Origin: an uncultured candidate division Zixibacteria bacterium
GTDB taxonomy: Bacteria; Zixibacteria; MSB-5A5; GN15; PGXB01
DNA length: 64,000 bases
Direction of reading: 5' to 3'
Assembly (NCBI GenBank): GCA_963702205.1
Contig: OY969724.1
Location: 256,001-320,000 of the forward strand
A model generated the notes under the pieces. It made no database searches. It was not told the DNA's origin and was given only the letters and a program-made list of their open reading frames with translations. Both the position numbers and the translations under genes were made by a program. Within the stretch, counting starts at the first letter, position 1, and the number at the start of each line of letters is the position of its first letter. Positions 1 through 13,640 of the stretch are shown here, one piece after another.

Positions 1-199
1 CGCGGCGTTTATCGAGCTCGCGCAATTGATGCAGGCGGTCACGAATCGAGGTGATCGCGACTTCATCGAGCGACCCGGTCGCTTCTTTGCGATAGCGGGC
101 AATAAACGGGACGGTGGCGTCCTGATCGAGAAGATTTATGGCGGCCAGAACCTGATGGGATTTTATCCTCAGTTCTCCGGCGATAATTTCGGTATGCAT
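1..199 (-). CDS. tex: Tex-family RNA-binding transcriptional accessory protein, N-terminal part (runs off window start)
   Basis: Minus frame from ATG at 199 reads MHTEIIAGELRIKSHQVLAAINLLDQDATVPFIARYRKEATGSLDEVAI; TVPFIARYRKEATGSLDE is the Tex signature. Not in the ORF track because it is truncated. Confidence 0.9.
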   Translation of the reverse strand, partial: MHTEIIAGELRIKSHQVLAAINLLDQDATVPFIARYRKEATGSLDEVAITSIRDRLHQLRELDKRR

Positions 200-222
200 G
201 TGATAACCTATAAATATCTTGT

Positions 223-269
223 TGTCGGGTTTCTCTTCCCGATAAATCGGGACTCGGAACCCGACCTAC
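223..269. repeat. REP-like palindrome, family A (TGTCGGGTTTCTC-inner hairpin-TCGGAACCCGACCTAC; GTAG foot on the minus strand)
   Basis: Same outer arms at 13483-13528, 18811-18859 (inverted) and 18866-18911; inner hairpin CCCGATAAATCGGG. Confidence 0.8.
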
Positions 270-1556
270 CTCTGTGCATTCCCCGATAAAATACGACTTT
301 CCCGGTAAAAATAAAGGCCCAATCGGGCCTTTATAAAAAAATTTAACTTTCTCAGCGAGGAATAACACCCGCAATTTCCATCAGGATATCATCGCAACGC
401 ACACGGCGCCGGCCCCGGGGGATCATTGTATAGATGATCTATCAAATACAGGATATCGACCAGGTTAACCAACCGATCACAGTTGGTATCGCCGGCAGTG
501 ATCGGATACGGTTCCGGGCCGGGCGGGTCGCTATATAAATATGCAATCAGATATAAAATGTCTATGAGATTGACTGTATCATCACGGGAGGCATCGCCAT
601 TGTTGAAATGATAACTTTCGATGACTTCATAACCAAGAGTGTCGGCCGTACCCGAGGCCGGGACATCGGCATTCTCGACAATTATGGCCTGAAGAGAACC
701 ATCGATGCGAATGCCAATACCGTATAAAGAACCCGGAGGCGGATCGCCTTGCGGGTGCACGATAATTATATAGTTGCCCTCAAGCGGGTACTGAATGGTT
801 ATCGAATCGTGGACGATATCTTCGTAAGTGGCATTGCTGCCTATTGTATTGAAGAATGTATTGTCTGAAAGCTTGCCAATACTATCACTTGCCGGATCGA
901 TTACTTGCAGGTTTATCGGTGAGTAGCCGACAATTATCAGCGGCGTCGGAACCAGGTTGAAATTGGGAGCGAATTCTGACGTATTGCCGAGGGTGTCGGT
1001 GGCAGTTGCGGTAATCAATGAAAAGTACGGGACCGTATTACTGATCTGATATTCGAAATCACCGTTTTCGTCGGCCGTGTCCGAACCGATGTACGAGTAC
1101 GCCTCACCATAGCCGGAGGGATCGGCCGGTTTGGATGTATCACCTTCGGGATGCGCCACAAAAAACTCGATTATGGCGCTGTCGGCGGCTGTACCATAAA
1201 CTCTGAATGTACTATCCGGATTCATGAAAAGAGAATCAATTTGGGGGTAGTTGAGCAGATTATTAGGCCCGCTGTCGCCATCACCGGGATCATTGGCTGT
1301 CACGCCATCATCGTTCAAGTCGATGCCCAACAGGCCATTGTTATAAATTAAATTGTTGGAGATAGTATTGTTGTGCGCACTACCGGTTACTTCAATACCA
1401 TTACCGGGGAAGTTGCGGATAGTCAGGCCTTCGATGGTGTTGTATGAACTCTGAATTCTGAGTCCCGACCCCGTGCTTTTACCCAGCAAAGAACCATCAA
1501 GAACAACCGAATTCGCTCCGCTGGGGGCGCTTGAACCGATAATGAGGGTACTATCA

Positions 1557-2874
1557 GGGAGTGTACGGAATTTTGTGTAAGCGGCCGGTTCATGTGTTTT
1601 CGATCCTTCCCTCGAAGACGATGCAGAAGTGATTAAGGGCCGCCACCCAGTCCTTGATCGGACGCTTCCATTTTTTCGAGATTCTTTGTATCGCCAGGTA
1701 GATCACCTTTCTGACTGATTCCACCGTCGGGAACGAGCCGCGATTCCGCGTCACCTTGCGCAACTGAGCATTCATCGACTCGATGGCGTTGGTCGTATAG
1801 ATAACCTTTCGAATCTCTTTGGGGTAGCTAAAAAACGGGATGATGTTCATCCAGCAGGACCGCCATGAGCGGGCGATCTGCGGGAAACGGTCCCGGTATG
1901 TGGCCTCGAACGCCGTCAGGGCCTGCTCGGCGGCTTCTTCGTTGGGCGCCGAGTAGATCGTCTTGAGATCGGCCGCGACCGCCTTGCGCTCTTTCCAACC
2001 GACATACTTCAGCGAGTTGCGCACCATGTGCACGAGACATAACTGCACCTGGGTCTGCGGAAAGGCCGTCTCAATCGCATCAGGGAACCCCGTCAGACCA
2101 TCGACACAGGCAATCAGGATGTCCCGAACGCCCCGGTTCTTAAGCTCCGTCAGCACCGACAGCCAGAACTTCGAACCCTCCTGATCGCCGACCCACAAAC
2201 CCAAGAGTTCCTTGTAACCCTCCGGCGTGATCCCCAAGGCCAAATAGACCGCCTGGTTTTTGACCTGGCCGCTCTGACGAAGCTTCAGGTGGATGGCGTC
2301 CAGATAGACGATCGGGTAGACCGCCTCCAGCGGCCGACTCTGCCACACCGTCACCTCCTGAAGCACGGCGTCCGTCACCGCCGAAATCAAGGCCGGGGAA
2401 ACCTCCGACTGGTACATCTCCTCAAGATGACCCTGGATATCCCGCGTCGTCAAACCCCGAGCGTACAGCGCCAACACCTTGTCGTCGAAACCGGGCAGGC
2501 GCCGCTGGTGCTTTTTAACCAACTGCGGCTCGAACTCGCCGTTCCGGTCCCGCGGAATCTCCAGCGTAACATCTGCCGACCCGGTCTTGACCGTCTTGCT
2601 GGTTTTGCCGTTGCGAGAGTTGCCGCTGTTTTTGCCTTCGGGAGCATTGGGCGGATAGCCCAAGTGATGCGTCATCTCACCTGCGAGGGCGCGCTCATAC
2701 ACCCGTTTCGTGAGCGCCTGCAGAAGACCGCCCTCACCCACTATCTCTTCCGGCGTCTTGCCGGCGATCATCTCGTCGATCAGTTTGTCAGCTTCGTCAC
2801 GTTTCTTGGCCATGATATACCTCCTTCAACTATATATACGTCATGGCCACTTACACAAAAATATTTACACGCGC
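1557..2874 (-). mobile_element. IS256-family insertion sequence, 1318 bp
   Basis: Imperfect 25-bp TIRs (GGGAGTGTACGGAATTTTGTGTAAG vs GCGCGTGTAAATATTTTTGTGTAAG, 19/25); 8-bp target duplication TACTATCA at 1549-1556 and 2875-2882. Confidence 0.95.
1590..2813 (-). CDS. IS256-family (Mutator-like) DDE transposase
   Basis: Motifs NSRNG, PRDRNGEFEP, VYLDA, DGLTGFPDAI, QLCLVHMVRN, YTTNAIES; intact 407 aa. Confidence 0.96.
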   Translation of the reverse strand: MAKKRDEADKLIDEMIAGKTPEEIVGEGGLLQALTKRVYERALAGEMTHHLGYPPNAPEGKNSGNSRNGKTSKTVKTGSADVTLEIPRDRNGEFEPQLVKKHQRRLPGFDDKVLALYARGLTTRDIQGHLEEMYQSEVSPALISAVTDAVLQEVTVWQSRPLEAVYPIVYLDAIHLKLRQSGQVKNQAVYLALGITPEGYKELLGLWVGDQEGSKFWLSVLTELKNRGVRDILIACVDGLTGFPDAIETAFPQTQVQLCLVHMVRNSLKYVGWKERKAVAADLKTIYSAPNEEAAEQALTAFEATYRDRFPQIARSWRSCWMNIIPFFSYPKEIRKVIYTTNAIESMNAQLRKVTRNRGSFPTVESVRKVIYLAIQRISKKWKRPIKDWVAALNHFCIVFEGRIENT

Positions 2875-5306
2875 TACTATCATCGCTAACGGCTGAAAGC
2901 GGAGTCGTCAATTGAATAGCCCGCCAAATGCAAAGGCAATGACATCAAAACCCGGATTAGCATTTGCGGAGTCAATTGCAGCCAAAAGACTTCCGTATCC
3001 CGCAGAATAATCATTGGACACTGTAATTATACTGGGAATCTTGGTAACAAACATATCCGGTCCAATTTCCAAATCTGAATCCCAGGCATTCCAAGCAGGA
3101 AAATCGGTTGAAAAACTATATCCCGTGACAAATATACTATTATCATCGCCCAAGGCCAACTGCAGCCCATAATCCGCCAAGTTGCCACCCAAATATGTAC
3201 TATAAGTCAGACTATCCCCATTTGAATTCAGCCGTGTGACAAACGCATCCGGAGGCCCACCCAAATTTGGTTGGTAGGCCACTTTAGTCGGGAAATCATT
3301 AGAATGAGTTTCGCCTGTAATATATACGCGATAATTGGCATCAACGGCCGCATCCCATCCAAAGTCGACGTTGTTACCACCAATGTATGTGCTATAAGTA
3401 AGTGCATCACCGGAAGCATTAAATTTCGTAATAAATGCATCCCAGGAGTCTTGATCCCCATATATTGGATTTTGAGTAGGAAAATCGCTTGATAATGTCC
3501 TTCCTGTTATGTACGCACAATTTTCCAGGTCTACAGCTATGCCATAGCCATTTTCTTCATCGGTCCCTCCCAGGTATGTGCTATATATTAGGGCTCCACC
3601 ATCTTGGCCTAATTTGGAAACAAACACATCTATGTTGCCATTATAACTGCTATCAAATGCGTTTAGAAGCGAAAAATCAATAGAATTGGTGACCCCCGTA
3701 ACATAGGCAAATCCTTCACTGTCTATGGCAATTGCGTTAGCATAATCATAATCCGATCCCCCAAGATATGTACTATAAATCAGAGTGTTTCCCGTGGCAC
3801 TGAATTTGGTAACAAAAGCATCTCGATTATCCATTATACTGTCGTATGCACCTTCCGTTATTGGCAAATCGGATGAATTCGTCTCACCAGCAACATATGC
3901 GCAATTATATTTATCAACAACAATGCTGCCACCACGGCCGTAAGCGTTATCAGAGCCGTTTCCACCAAGGTATGTGCTATAAACAAGAGCATCCCCATTT
4001 GGGCCAATTTTCGTGACAAAGGCATCATACCAATTTGATTTTATATTATTGTATGGATCCTGCATTGGAAAATCATCGGAAAGGGTGGTTCCGGTAATAT
4101 AAGCACAACCGCTTCCATCGACAGCTATATCCTTTCCTTCTTCATAATCTCCTCCTCCCAAATATGTGCTATAAACAAGAGTCATTCCGGAAGGCGAAAA
4201 TTTGCTGACGACAACATCCCGATCGCCTTGATTTGTCTGAAATGAGCCAGGAGTTGTTGGAAAATTCGTAGATTCTGTATGTCCTGCCACGTAGGCCGCT
4301 CCAGAGGCATCCACGGCAATACCGTTGCTCCAATCTCCACCATTGCCGCCGAGGAATGTACTGTACGACAACACCGGGTCGATTACAAGTGCAAATTCAT
4401 CATCGTAGACGCCATCCAGTTCAAACCCGAACCGGTTATCACCTATCATGGTATACGTACATTCTATCGGTACGCTCCTGCCATCGATTTCCTGATATAC
4501 CAATGGTTCATGTTCAATAACTTTTCCCCAGTCGGTTTCCACAACCAATTCGCCTTCGGAATTGACGGAAATAGATATCGCGCCTTCATAATTTATGGCA
4601 ATTTGTGATGGATCGGCTCCGGGAGAGACGATGAAATCATATTCCATCTGTTTGCCATTGCCGTAATATTTCAAGTCGATTCCTGCATAAACGTTTTTAT
4701 AAACTATCGACTCATAATTGGGTACATCGGTGCACCATTTAGCCGGATCATTTCCAATGAAGTAATTACATTTATATTCCATCAGCCCTTGTCCTGACAA
4801 CGCAGGATTTAGAGTGGTGCCTATGAATGAAGCTTTGATTATCAGTGTCTCAATGCTGTCGGGCGCGTTGACGATACGATCGACGGGGTCAATATCGTGA
4901 ATTCCGCTTTCGCCGCCGGTCAACGAAAAATCCTCTCCTTGCATTCGTCTAGTAAACTGGTAATAGACACCATTTGTCGTAAACCACATCCTTGCGCCAC
5001 CGGAATTTGCCCGAAAAAGAACATTATTCGGCCACTGGCCATCATTTTCAGTAAATGCCAACGGCATTGACGATAAATTTCGTAGAGTTCGGATTTCATG
5101 CCAGGATTCATTTGTCACCGAAAACAGCGTTGGACATATGAACATCACTAATGGCACTACGATTCCAATAATCCTGAAAGGATTGAAATTTAATTTCATA
5201 GTCTTCTCCCGCCTGAAAAGAGTTGAGCGAATATTACTCAGGGCGTGCTCAAGACCCATATGATAATATATCCAATTAGCGCGCATTGGCAACAGGCTTT
5301 TCTAAC

Positions 5307-7640
<2,334 letters not shown>

Positions 7641-7735
7641 ATTGACTCCCAAACTGCAGGCGGAAAGTGTTTAACCTGTAAAGATGAATCTATATTGTCA
7701 ATATACGGCAACCCCCGGAATTTGTCAAAATTATT

Positions 7736-10700
7736 TTATAAATCCAACTGGCACGGCGCCGGGCCCGGAGGATCGTTATACAAATTCGCTATTAAGTACA
7801 GAATATCGATCAGATTAACCAGCCTGTCGCAGTTGGCGTCGCCCGCAGTCACCGGATCGGGCGCCGGACCGGGCGGGTTATTGTACAAATATCCTATCAA
7901 ATATAAAACGTCCAGAAGGTTGACGGTGTCGTCGCGCGAGGCATCGCCGTTGGAGAAATGATAGCCCTCGATGACTTCATAACCGAGCGTGTCGGCCGTA
8001 CCGGACGCCGGGACGTTGGCGTTTTTGACCACTATAGCCTGAAGAGAACCGTCGATGCGTATGCCAATAGAGTAGAGCGAGCCCGGCGGCGGGTCTCCCT
8101 GAGGATGTACGATCACAATATATTCGCCTTCGAGCGGGTACTGGATGGTTATCGAATCGTGCTCTGCATCATCGTATGTTGCAGTAGTTTTGATCGTATT
8201 GAAGTATGTATTGTCAGAAAGCTTGCCGATGCTGTCGCCGACGGGGTCGATGACCTGGAGATTTATGGGCGAATAGCCTACAATAATCAGTGGCGTTGGG
8301 ATCAGATAGAAGTTCGGAGCGAACTCGGAGGTATTGCCAAGAGTATCCGTAGCGGTTGCGGTAATAAGCGAAAAATACGGAACTGTATTGTCTATCATAT
8401 ATTCGAAATCGCCGTTATTGTCGGCGGTATCCGAACCGATGTATGACCATGCCTCACCGTAACCGGATGGATCGGCCGGCTTGGTGGTATCGCCTTCGGG
8501 GTGAGCCACGAAAAATTCTATGATGGCACTGTCGGCGGCAGTGCCGTAGACGCGAAATGTACTGTCGGGATTCATGAAGAGAGAATCGATTTTGGGATAG
8601 TTGAGCAGATCGTTGGGGCCGGTGTCGCCGTCGCCGGGATCGTTGACCGTCACACCGTTGGCACCGAGATCTATACCCAGCCCGCCATTATATTTAAGTA
8701 TATTCTTTGTTATAGTTACAAAGTGCGACTCGGGCGATGATCCGCTAAGACCAATTCCGATAGTACCATTTCCGGCAATCGTATTTTCACCGATAAGAAC
8801 ACTGTCACAATGGAACAAGAACAGGCCTTCATATACCGAGCCGTCTATAATATTATTGTTCACCAATGAATGCGGGCAACTGTCGAGCGTGATACCAAAA
8901 TTATTGGGAATCGTATCTGATAAATTGGCGGCCAGACCGAAAACATTTCCGATAATTTCCGTACCAGGCGATTCCATGCCATTGATTCCCCAAGTGCAGC
9001 CTCCGATATAATTGCCGCAGGATATGTCGCCGATTTTGTTTCCGTACATCGGCCCCGAAGGCCAGAGGGTTATTCCGAACCCGTGAGAATAAACCGGGGT
9101 AAAAGCGCCCCCGGATGAATTGATTCCGATATAATTACCAATGACAAGATTGCTGTCGTTATTAAGAGTAACTCCCGTCTCCTCCTGCCAGGCGGGGACA
9201 CCGGCGGGGGCGATAACATTGCGGTCTTCAGGCGCGCAGCCGCCTATAACGTTATGTTTGCCGTTAACGAAAATAGAGCTACCGTATTCTGAGGCGGCCC
9301 GATTCAGACCGGTTTCATCAGTTCCTACAAAACATCCGGCGACCGTATCATATTGCCCGGCCATACCGATAGTTCCATATTTCAGAACGATATCTCTTAA
9401 TAGACAATGATCTCCCGTCATTCCTATTCCGTAAGCATTGACACCGTCGATTATGACACTTCGTGCACCACCGGGAGCGGTGCCGCCGAGAATGAGAGTG
9501 CTATCGTCGGTAAGTTCGAGCGGTGATGCCAGGGTGATCGTCCCGCTGATGGCAAACGTAATCGTATCCGGCCCGGGGATAGCGTTTAGATTTTCGAGAG
9601 ACCAGCGAAGGCTGCCGACACCTGCATCGGCGGTGCTTTGTACCTGATCAAATGGAAGTCTCAGCTTGGAAATAAAGACATCATAAGCACCGTTAAACGA
9701 TCCGTCGTACTCGTTTTCGAGCGGAAAATCCGAAGAATAGGTAGGACCGGTCACATACGCGCTGCCGAAAATATCCACCGCGATATTATCGCCCCGATCG
9801 GTCAAGGTCCCACCGAGAAACGAACTGTATTCCAGCGCGTCACCACCCGGAGACAGCTTGGTCACAAATGCATCTTTGCCGTTCTGGGCGGCGTCATACG
9901 CATTTAGGGTCGGAAAATCAGAGGATGAGGTCTGCCCCGTTATGTAGGCGCACCCGAGAGCATCGACCGCCACGGCCCAGCTTTCGTCGTCGTCGTTTCC
10001 GCCAAGGTATGTGCTGTATTCCGGGGCAGTACCGCTGGAAGACATTTTCGTGACGAAAGCGTCATAATTACCATTCAGATCCGAATCGTACGGATTCTCC
10101 GTTGGAAAATCAACGGAATGAGTGACTCCTGACACGTACGCTTTCCCGGTGGCATCAAGCGCCAGGCCCAGGGCATAGTCGTCGTCCGTTCCCCCAAGGT
10201 ATGTGCTGTATATCAGAGTAAGGCCGTCGGCGGTGAATTTTGTAACGAAGGCGTCGTTCGTACCGCCCAATGAGCCGTCGTACGAGTTCACTGTCGGGAA
10301 GTCGGAAGAATAAGACAGCCCGACCACGTAAATCTGGCCGGACGCGTTCACGGCAATACCATATCCTTGATCCTCCTGACCACCGCCCAAATACGTGCTG
10401 TATTCGAGGGCATCGCCGGTCTGGGATAATTTCGTGATAAAGACATCGGAGGTCCCGCCGAGACTTCCATCGTAAGCCGCCTCGGTGGGAAAATCGGAGG
10501 AATAGGTATAACCAGTCATATATGCGTAGCCGAGGTTGTCGACGGCAATCGCCATACCGTCATCGTTGTCACTACCGCCCAGATATGTACTGTATTCGAG
10601 AGCGCTTCCATCGGGAGATAATTTGGCTATAAAAACGTCATCTCCGCCGTTGTAACCGGAATCGTACGCGTTTTCCGTCGGGAAATCCGAAGATGAAGTT

Positions 10701-11746
10701 ATTCCGGTAACATAAGCGTATCCCGATGCGTCGACAGCTAGGCTATAGGCGTAGTCCCAGTCGCCGCCGCCGATAAAAGTGCTGTATTCGATGGTGCTGC
10801 CGTCCGGAGACATCGCTGTTACGATAACATCCCAGGACCCAGCGAAAGTCGAGTCATAGGCATTCAGGCGCGGGTAATTGGACGAGGCACTGTACCCGGT
10901 TATATAAGCACGTCCCGACGTGTCGACGTCGACGTCGAAGCATTCATCATAGCCGCTGCCGCCAATGAAGGTGCTGTATTCCAGTATCAGAGGTGCCGAC
11001 GGTTGTTTGTCGGCATATACCGGCCTTTCGTCTGCCGCATCGTCAGAAATAAAAACTCCTTCCTGAATCGAACCGACCGAATTCAAACGCGGCATATCAA
11101 AGCTGATTTTGTCTCCCCACTTGGTTTCGGCCACTTTTCGGCCATCGTTCGCAATAACCACGTTTTCCGCGCCCTGAAATCCGATATCGACCAGGTTTGC
11201 ATCGGCGCCCTCGGCGATTTTATATTCATAAATGGCCTGACCCGCCGCATTGAACGAAAATTCGATATCGATGCCGGGATAAATGCCTTTATATGTAACT
11301 CCGGAGTAATTGGCGACATCCCTCTGCCAGCGCGCCGGATCATTGCCGAGGAAATAATTGCAGCGATAGTCGAGCCGTCCCAGGCCGATTACTTCGGCTT
11401 GGGGATTGCGCCCCGCAAATTCCGCCTTCACCACAATGCCAATTAATGAATCAGGGCGGGATAATTTATTCGTCATACTCTGGTGCCCCGAACCGGACGC
11501 AGCGTCCACAGTCCGCAAAAATTGGCAGAAAATACCGTCCCTTGTAAACCAAAAAGTCGCACCGTCACCGCTGGCTCGGAACAGAATGTTTTCATCCCAT
11601 TGGCCCTTGTTTTCAGTGATGACTGTCGGCACGTCAGACTTGTATTGCCCGGCTCGCCGGTTTGTGTTCGCGGCTGTCGTATCGGAGAAGACAATCAAAG
11701 ACAGGATAAAAATCAACGCGGTGAATTCAATTATCCGTGTTTTCAT
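7736..11746 (-). CDS. SBBP-repeat secreted protein with beta-helix, Ig-like stalk and double dockerin-like tail (1336 aa)
   Basis: Signal peptide, ENKGQW N-domain, repeated LEYSTYLGG/SSDFPT/DAFVTK units, IGNYIG beta-helix coils, tail ending PPGPAPCQLDL; SD GGAGG. Confidence 0.88.
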   Translation of the reverse strand: MKTRIIEFTALIFILSLIVFSDTTAANTNRRAGQYKSDVPTVITENKGQWDENILFRASGDGATFWFTRDGIFCQFLRTVDAASGSGHQSMTNKLSRPDSLIGIVVKAEFAGRNPQAEVIGLGRLDYRCNYFLGNDPARWQRDVANYSGVTYKGIYPGIDIEFSFNAAGQAIYEYKIAEGADANLVDIGFQGAENVVIANDGRKVAETKWGDKISFDMPRLNSVGSIQEGVFISDDAADERPVYADKQPSAPLILEYSTFIGGSGYDECFDVDVDTSGRAYITGYSASSNYPRLNAYDSTFAGSWDVIVTAMSPDGSTIEYSTFIGGGDWDYAYSLAVDASGYAYVTGITSSSDFPTENAYDSGYNGGDDVFIAKLSPDGSALEYSTYLGGSDNDDGMAIAVDNLGYAYMTGYTYSSDFPTEAAYDGSLGGTSDVFITKLSQTGDALEYSTYLGGGQEDQGYGIAVNASGQIYVVGLSYSSDFPTVNSYDGSLGGTNDAFVTKFTADGLTLIYSTYLGGTDDDYALGLALDATGKAYVSGVTHSVDFPTENPYDSDLNGNYDAFVTKMSSSGTAPEYSTYLGGNDDDESWAVAVDALGCAYITGQTSSSDFPTLNAYDAAQNGKDAFVTKLSPGGDALEYSSFLGGTLTDRGDNIAVDIFGSAYVTGPTYSSDFPLENEYDGSFNGAYDVFISKLRLPFDQVQSTADAGVGSLRWSLENLNAIPGPDTITFAISGTITLASPLELTDDSTLILGGTAPGGARSVIIDGVNAYGIGMTGDHCLLRDIVLKYGTIGMAGQYDTVAGCFVGTDETGLNRAASEYGSSIFVNGKHNVIGGCAPEDRNVIAPAGVPAWQEETGVTLNNDSNLVIGNYIGINSSGGAFTPVYSHGFGITLWPSGPMYGNKIGDISCGNYIGGCTWGINGMESPGTEIIGNVFGLAANLSDTIPNNFGITLDSCPHSLVNNNIIDGSVYEGLFLFHCDSVLIGENTIAGNGTIGIGLSGSSPESHFVTITKNILKYNGGLGIDLGANGVTVNDPGDGDTGPNDLLNYPKIDSLFMNPDSTFRVYGTAADSAIIEFFVAHPEGDTTKPADPSGYGEAWSYIGSDTADNNGDFEYMIDNTVPYFSLITATATDTLGNTSEFAPNFYLIPTPLIIVGYSPINLQVIDPVGDSIGKLSDNTYFNTIKTTATYDDAEHDSITIQYPLEGEYIVIVHPQGDPPPGSLYSIGIRIDGSLQAIVVKNANVPASGTADTLGYEVIEGYHFSNGDASRDDTVNLLDVLYLIGYLYNNPPGPAPDPVTAGDANCDRLVNLIDILYLIANLYNDPPGPAPCQLDL

Positions 11747-11861
11747 AGTACCTCCGGCGAGTAGACTTTGCGTGACAGAAAAAGGTCGTTCTTATAATAA
11801 AATTAAATATATCAAAATCAGGAATTTTCGCAAGTCCAAATGAATTACGCAAAGCCCCCAA

Positions 11862-11885
11862 AAAGCCCCGCCGAGGCGGGGCTTT
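11862..11885 (-). terminator. Intrinsic terminator after proS
   Basis: AAAGCCCCGC-CGAG-GCGGGGCTTT hairpin with U-run on the minus strand. Confidence 0.75.
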
Positions 11886-11918
11886 GAGCAATTTCGCTAT
11901 GCTATGCCAAAGAAGAGC

Positions 11919-13442
11919 CTAGTACGCCTTGGCGAAGACGGCGTCGGTTTTGGCCGGTTTACCGCAGATGACGCACTTGCCCTCAGTGCCGCTCTGATTC
12001 ATCGGCAGGCAGCGGATGGTGACATTCATCTCGGCGGCTTTGGCTTCGCATTCGGCGCTGTCGCACCATTTGGACCAGGCGAAACCGCCGTGGATTTCCG
12101 GCTTGTCGGCGTTTTTCGGCGTGAAGAAAGCCACGAATTTATCGTACGTGTCGACGTCGTAGTACGTGTGCTTCTCCAGAAACTCTTTGGCCTGATCGTA
12201 GTAGTTCTTTTGTATCTCGTCAAGCAGGCCCGGAATCATGGCCGCGACTTCGTCTTTTGAGGGCGTCAGTTTTTCGCCCGGCAGGTCGCGGCGGTTCATG
12301 AACACGGTTCCCGATTCGACATCCCTCGCGCCGATCTCGATGCGCAGCGGCACACCTTTCTTGACCCAGTTCCATTTTTTCTCGGCCGAGCGGATGTCCT
12401 TGGTGTCGACAAACACCTGCACCGGCTTGCCATTGTACGTTTGCGAGGAGATCGATTTGGCGACCGTATCGATGTATTCCATAATGGCGATGTTGTCGGC
12501 TTCATCGCGGAGCACCGGTATGATCACGACCTGTTTGGGGGCGACCTTGGGCGGGACGCGAAGACCGTCGTCGTCACCGTGCACCATGATCATGGCGCCG
12601 ATCATGCGCGACGACACCCCCCACGACGTCGTGTAGGCGTCCTCCTGTACTCCGTCGGTGTTGAGAAAGCTTATCCCGAAGGCCGATGCGAAGTTCTGAC
12701 CGAGATAGTGCGACGTGCCCGACTGCAGCGCTTTGCAATCCTGCATGATGGCTTCGATACAGTATGTGTTAACCGCGCCGGGGAAACGCTCCGACGGCGT
12801 CTTCTCGCCGACTATTACCGGCACAGCCATAACTTCCTCAGCGAACCAGCGGTACACTTCGAGCATTTTCAAAGTCTCTTCGCGGGCTTCCTGTTCCGAG
12901 GCGTGGGCGGTGTGGCCTTCCTGCCATAAAAATTCGGTAGTGCGCAAAAATATTCTCGGGCGCATCTCCCAGCGGACGACGTTGGCCCACTGGTTGATCA
13001 AAAGCGGCAGGTCGCGGTACGACTGCACCCATTTGGCGAACGAGCGTCCGATGATGGTCTCCGACGTCGGCCGGACCACGAGCGGCTCTTCGAGCGGCGA
13101 GGTCGGGATCAGTCGGCCGTCTTTCAGTTCGAGGCGGTGGTGGGTGACAACGGCGCATTCTTTGGCGAAACCTTCGACATGCGCCGCCTCTTTTTCCATG
13201 AACGACAGCGGGATAAACAGCGGAAAATAGGCGTTGTCGTGGCCGGTGTTTTTTATTTGGGCGTCGAGTTCGTTTTTAAGATTGTCCCAGATGCCGTAGC
13301 CCCACGGTTTGATAACCATGCAGCCCCGCACGTGGGACATCTCGGCCATATCGGATTCTTTGATGACCTGTTGGTACCATTCGGGGTAGTCATCATTGCG
13401 GGTGGGTGTGATCGCCGTCCTGGGTTCTTTATTTTTCGCCAT
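11919..13442 (-). CDS. proS: Proline--tRNA ligase, eukaryote/archaeal-like type
   Basis: VRPTSET, QWANVVRWE, FLRTTEFLWQEGHT, GTSHYLGQNF, C-terminal Zn site and AKAY end. Confidence 0.97.
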   Translation of the reverse strand: MAKNKEPRTAITPTRNDDYPEWYQQVIKESDMAEMSHVRGCMVIKPWGYGIWDNLKNELDAQIKNTGHDNAYFPLFIPLSFMEKEAAHVEGFAKECAVVTHHRLELKDGRLIPTSPLEEPLVVRPTSETIIGRSFAKWVQSYRDLPLLINQWANVVRWEMRPRIFLRTTEFLWQEGHTAHASEQEAREETLKMLEVYRWFAEEVMAVPVIVGEKTPSERFPGAVNTYCIEAIMQDCKALQSGTSHYLGQNFASAFGISFLNTDGVQEDAYTTSWGVSSRMIGAMIMVHGDDDGLRVPPKVAPKQVVIIPVLRDEADNIAIMEYIDTVAKSISSQTYNGKPVQVFVDTKDIRSAEKKWNWVKKGVPLRIEIGARDVESGTVFMNRRDLPGEKLTPSKDEVAAMIPGLLDEIQKNYYDQAKEFLEKHTYYDVDTYDKFVAFFTPKNADKPEIHGGFAWSKWCDSAECEAKAAEMNVTIRCLPMNQSGTEGKCVICGKPAKTDAVFAKAY

Positions 13443-13482
13443 AATATTTTCCAATCCTGATTCGTGTTGTTCCCGGTACTAT

Positions 13483-13528
13483 TGTCGGGTTTCTCTCCCG
13501 ATTACATCTGGATCGGAACCCGACCTAC
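13483..13528. repeat. REP-like palindrome, family A
   Basis: TGTCGGGTTTCTCTCCCGATTACATCTGGATCGGAACCCGACCTAC; arms match 223-269. Confidence 0.8.
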
Positions 13529-13640
13529 CATGCCACGGGAATGACATTTTATTAAGTCGGCAAGATAATACGAGCTATTGAGTTGGACAAGGGATAACTT
13601 ATGCGATGCCGTGGGGCACTCCAACAATACTCGGGCTTTA

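Larger units (their letters stand above)
389..5199 (-). pseudogene. SBBP-repeat beta-propeller secreted protein with beta-helix/Ig-like stalk and double dockerin-like tail, interrupted by IS256
   Basis: Start MKLNFNPF at 5199 after GGGAGA; many YSTYLGG repeats. Removing 1557-2882 and adding one base in the C-run at 2920-2922 joins ORF 2908-5292 to ORF 389-1489 (IQLTTPLSAVSDDSTLIIGSSAPSGANSVVLDGSLLGKS), colinear with the paralogs at 7736 and 54289; about 1161 aa reconstructed. Confidence 0.88.

Noticed and set aside
26..374. ORFs 26-289 (+) and 63-374 (-)
   Set aside because: Shadow frames; the real gene is tex on the minus strand from 199.
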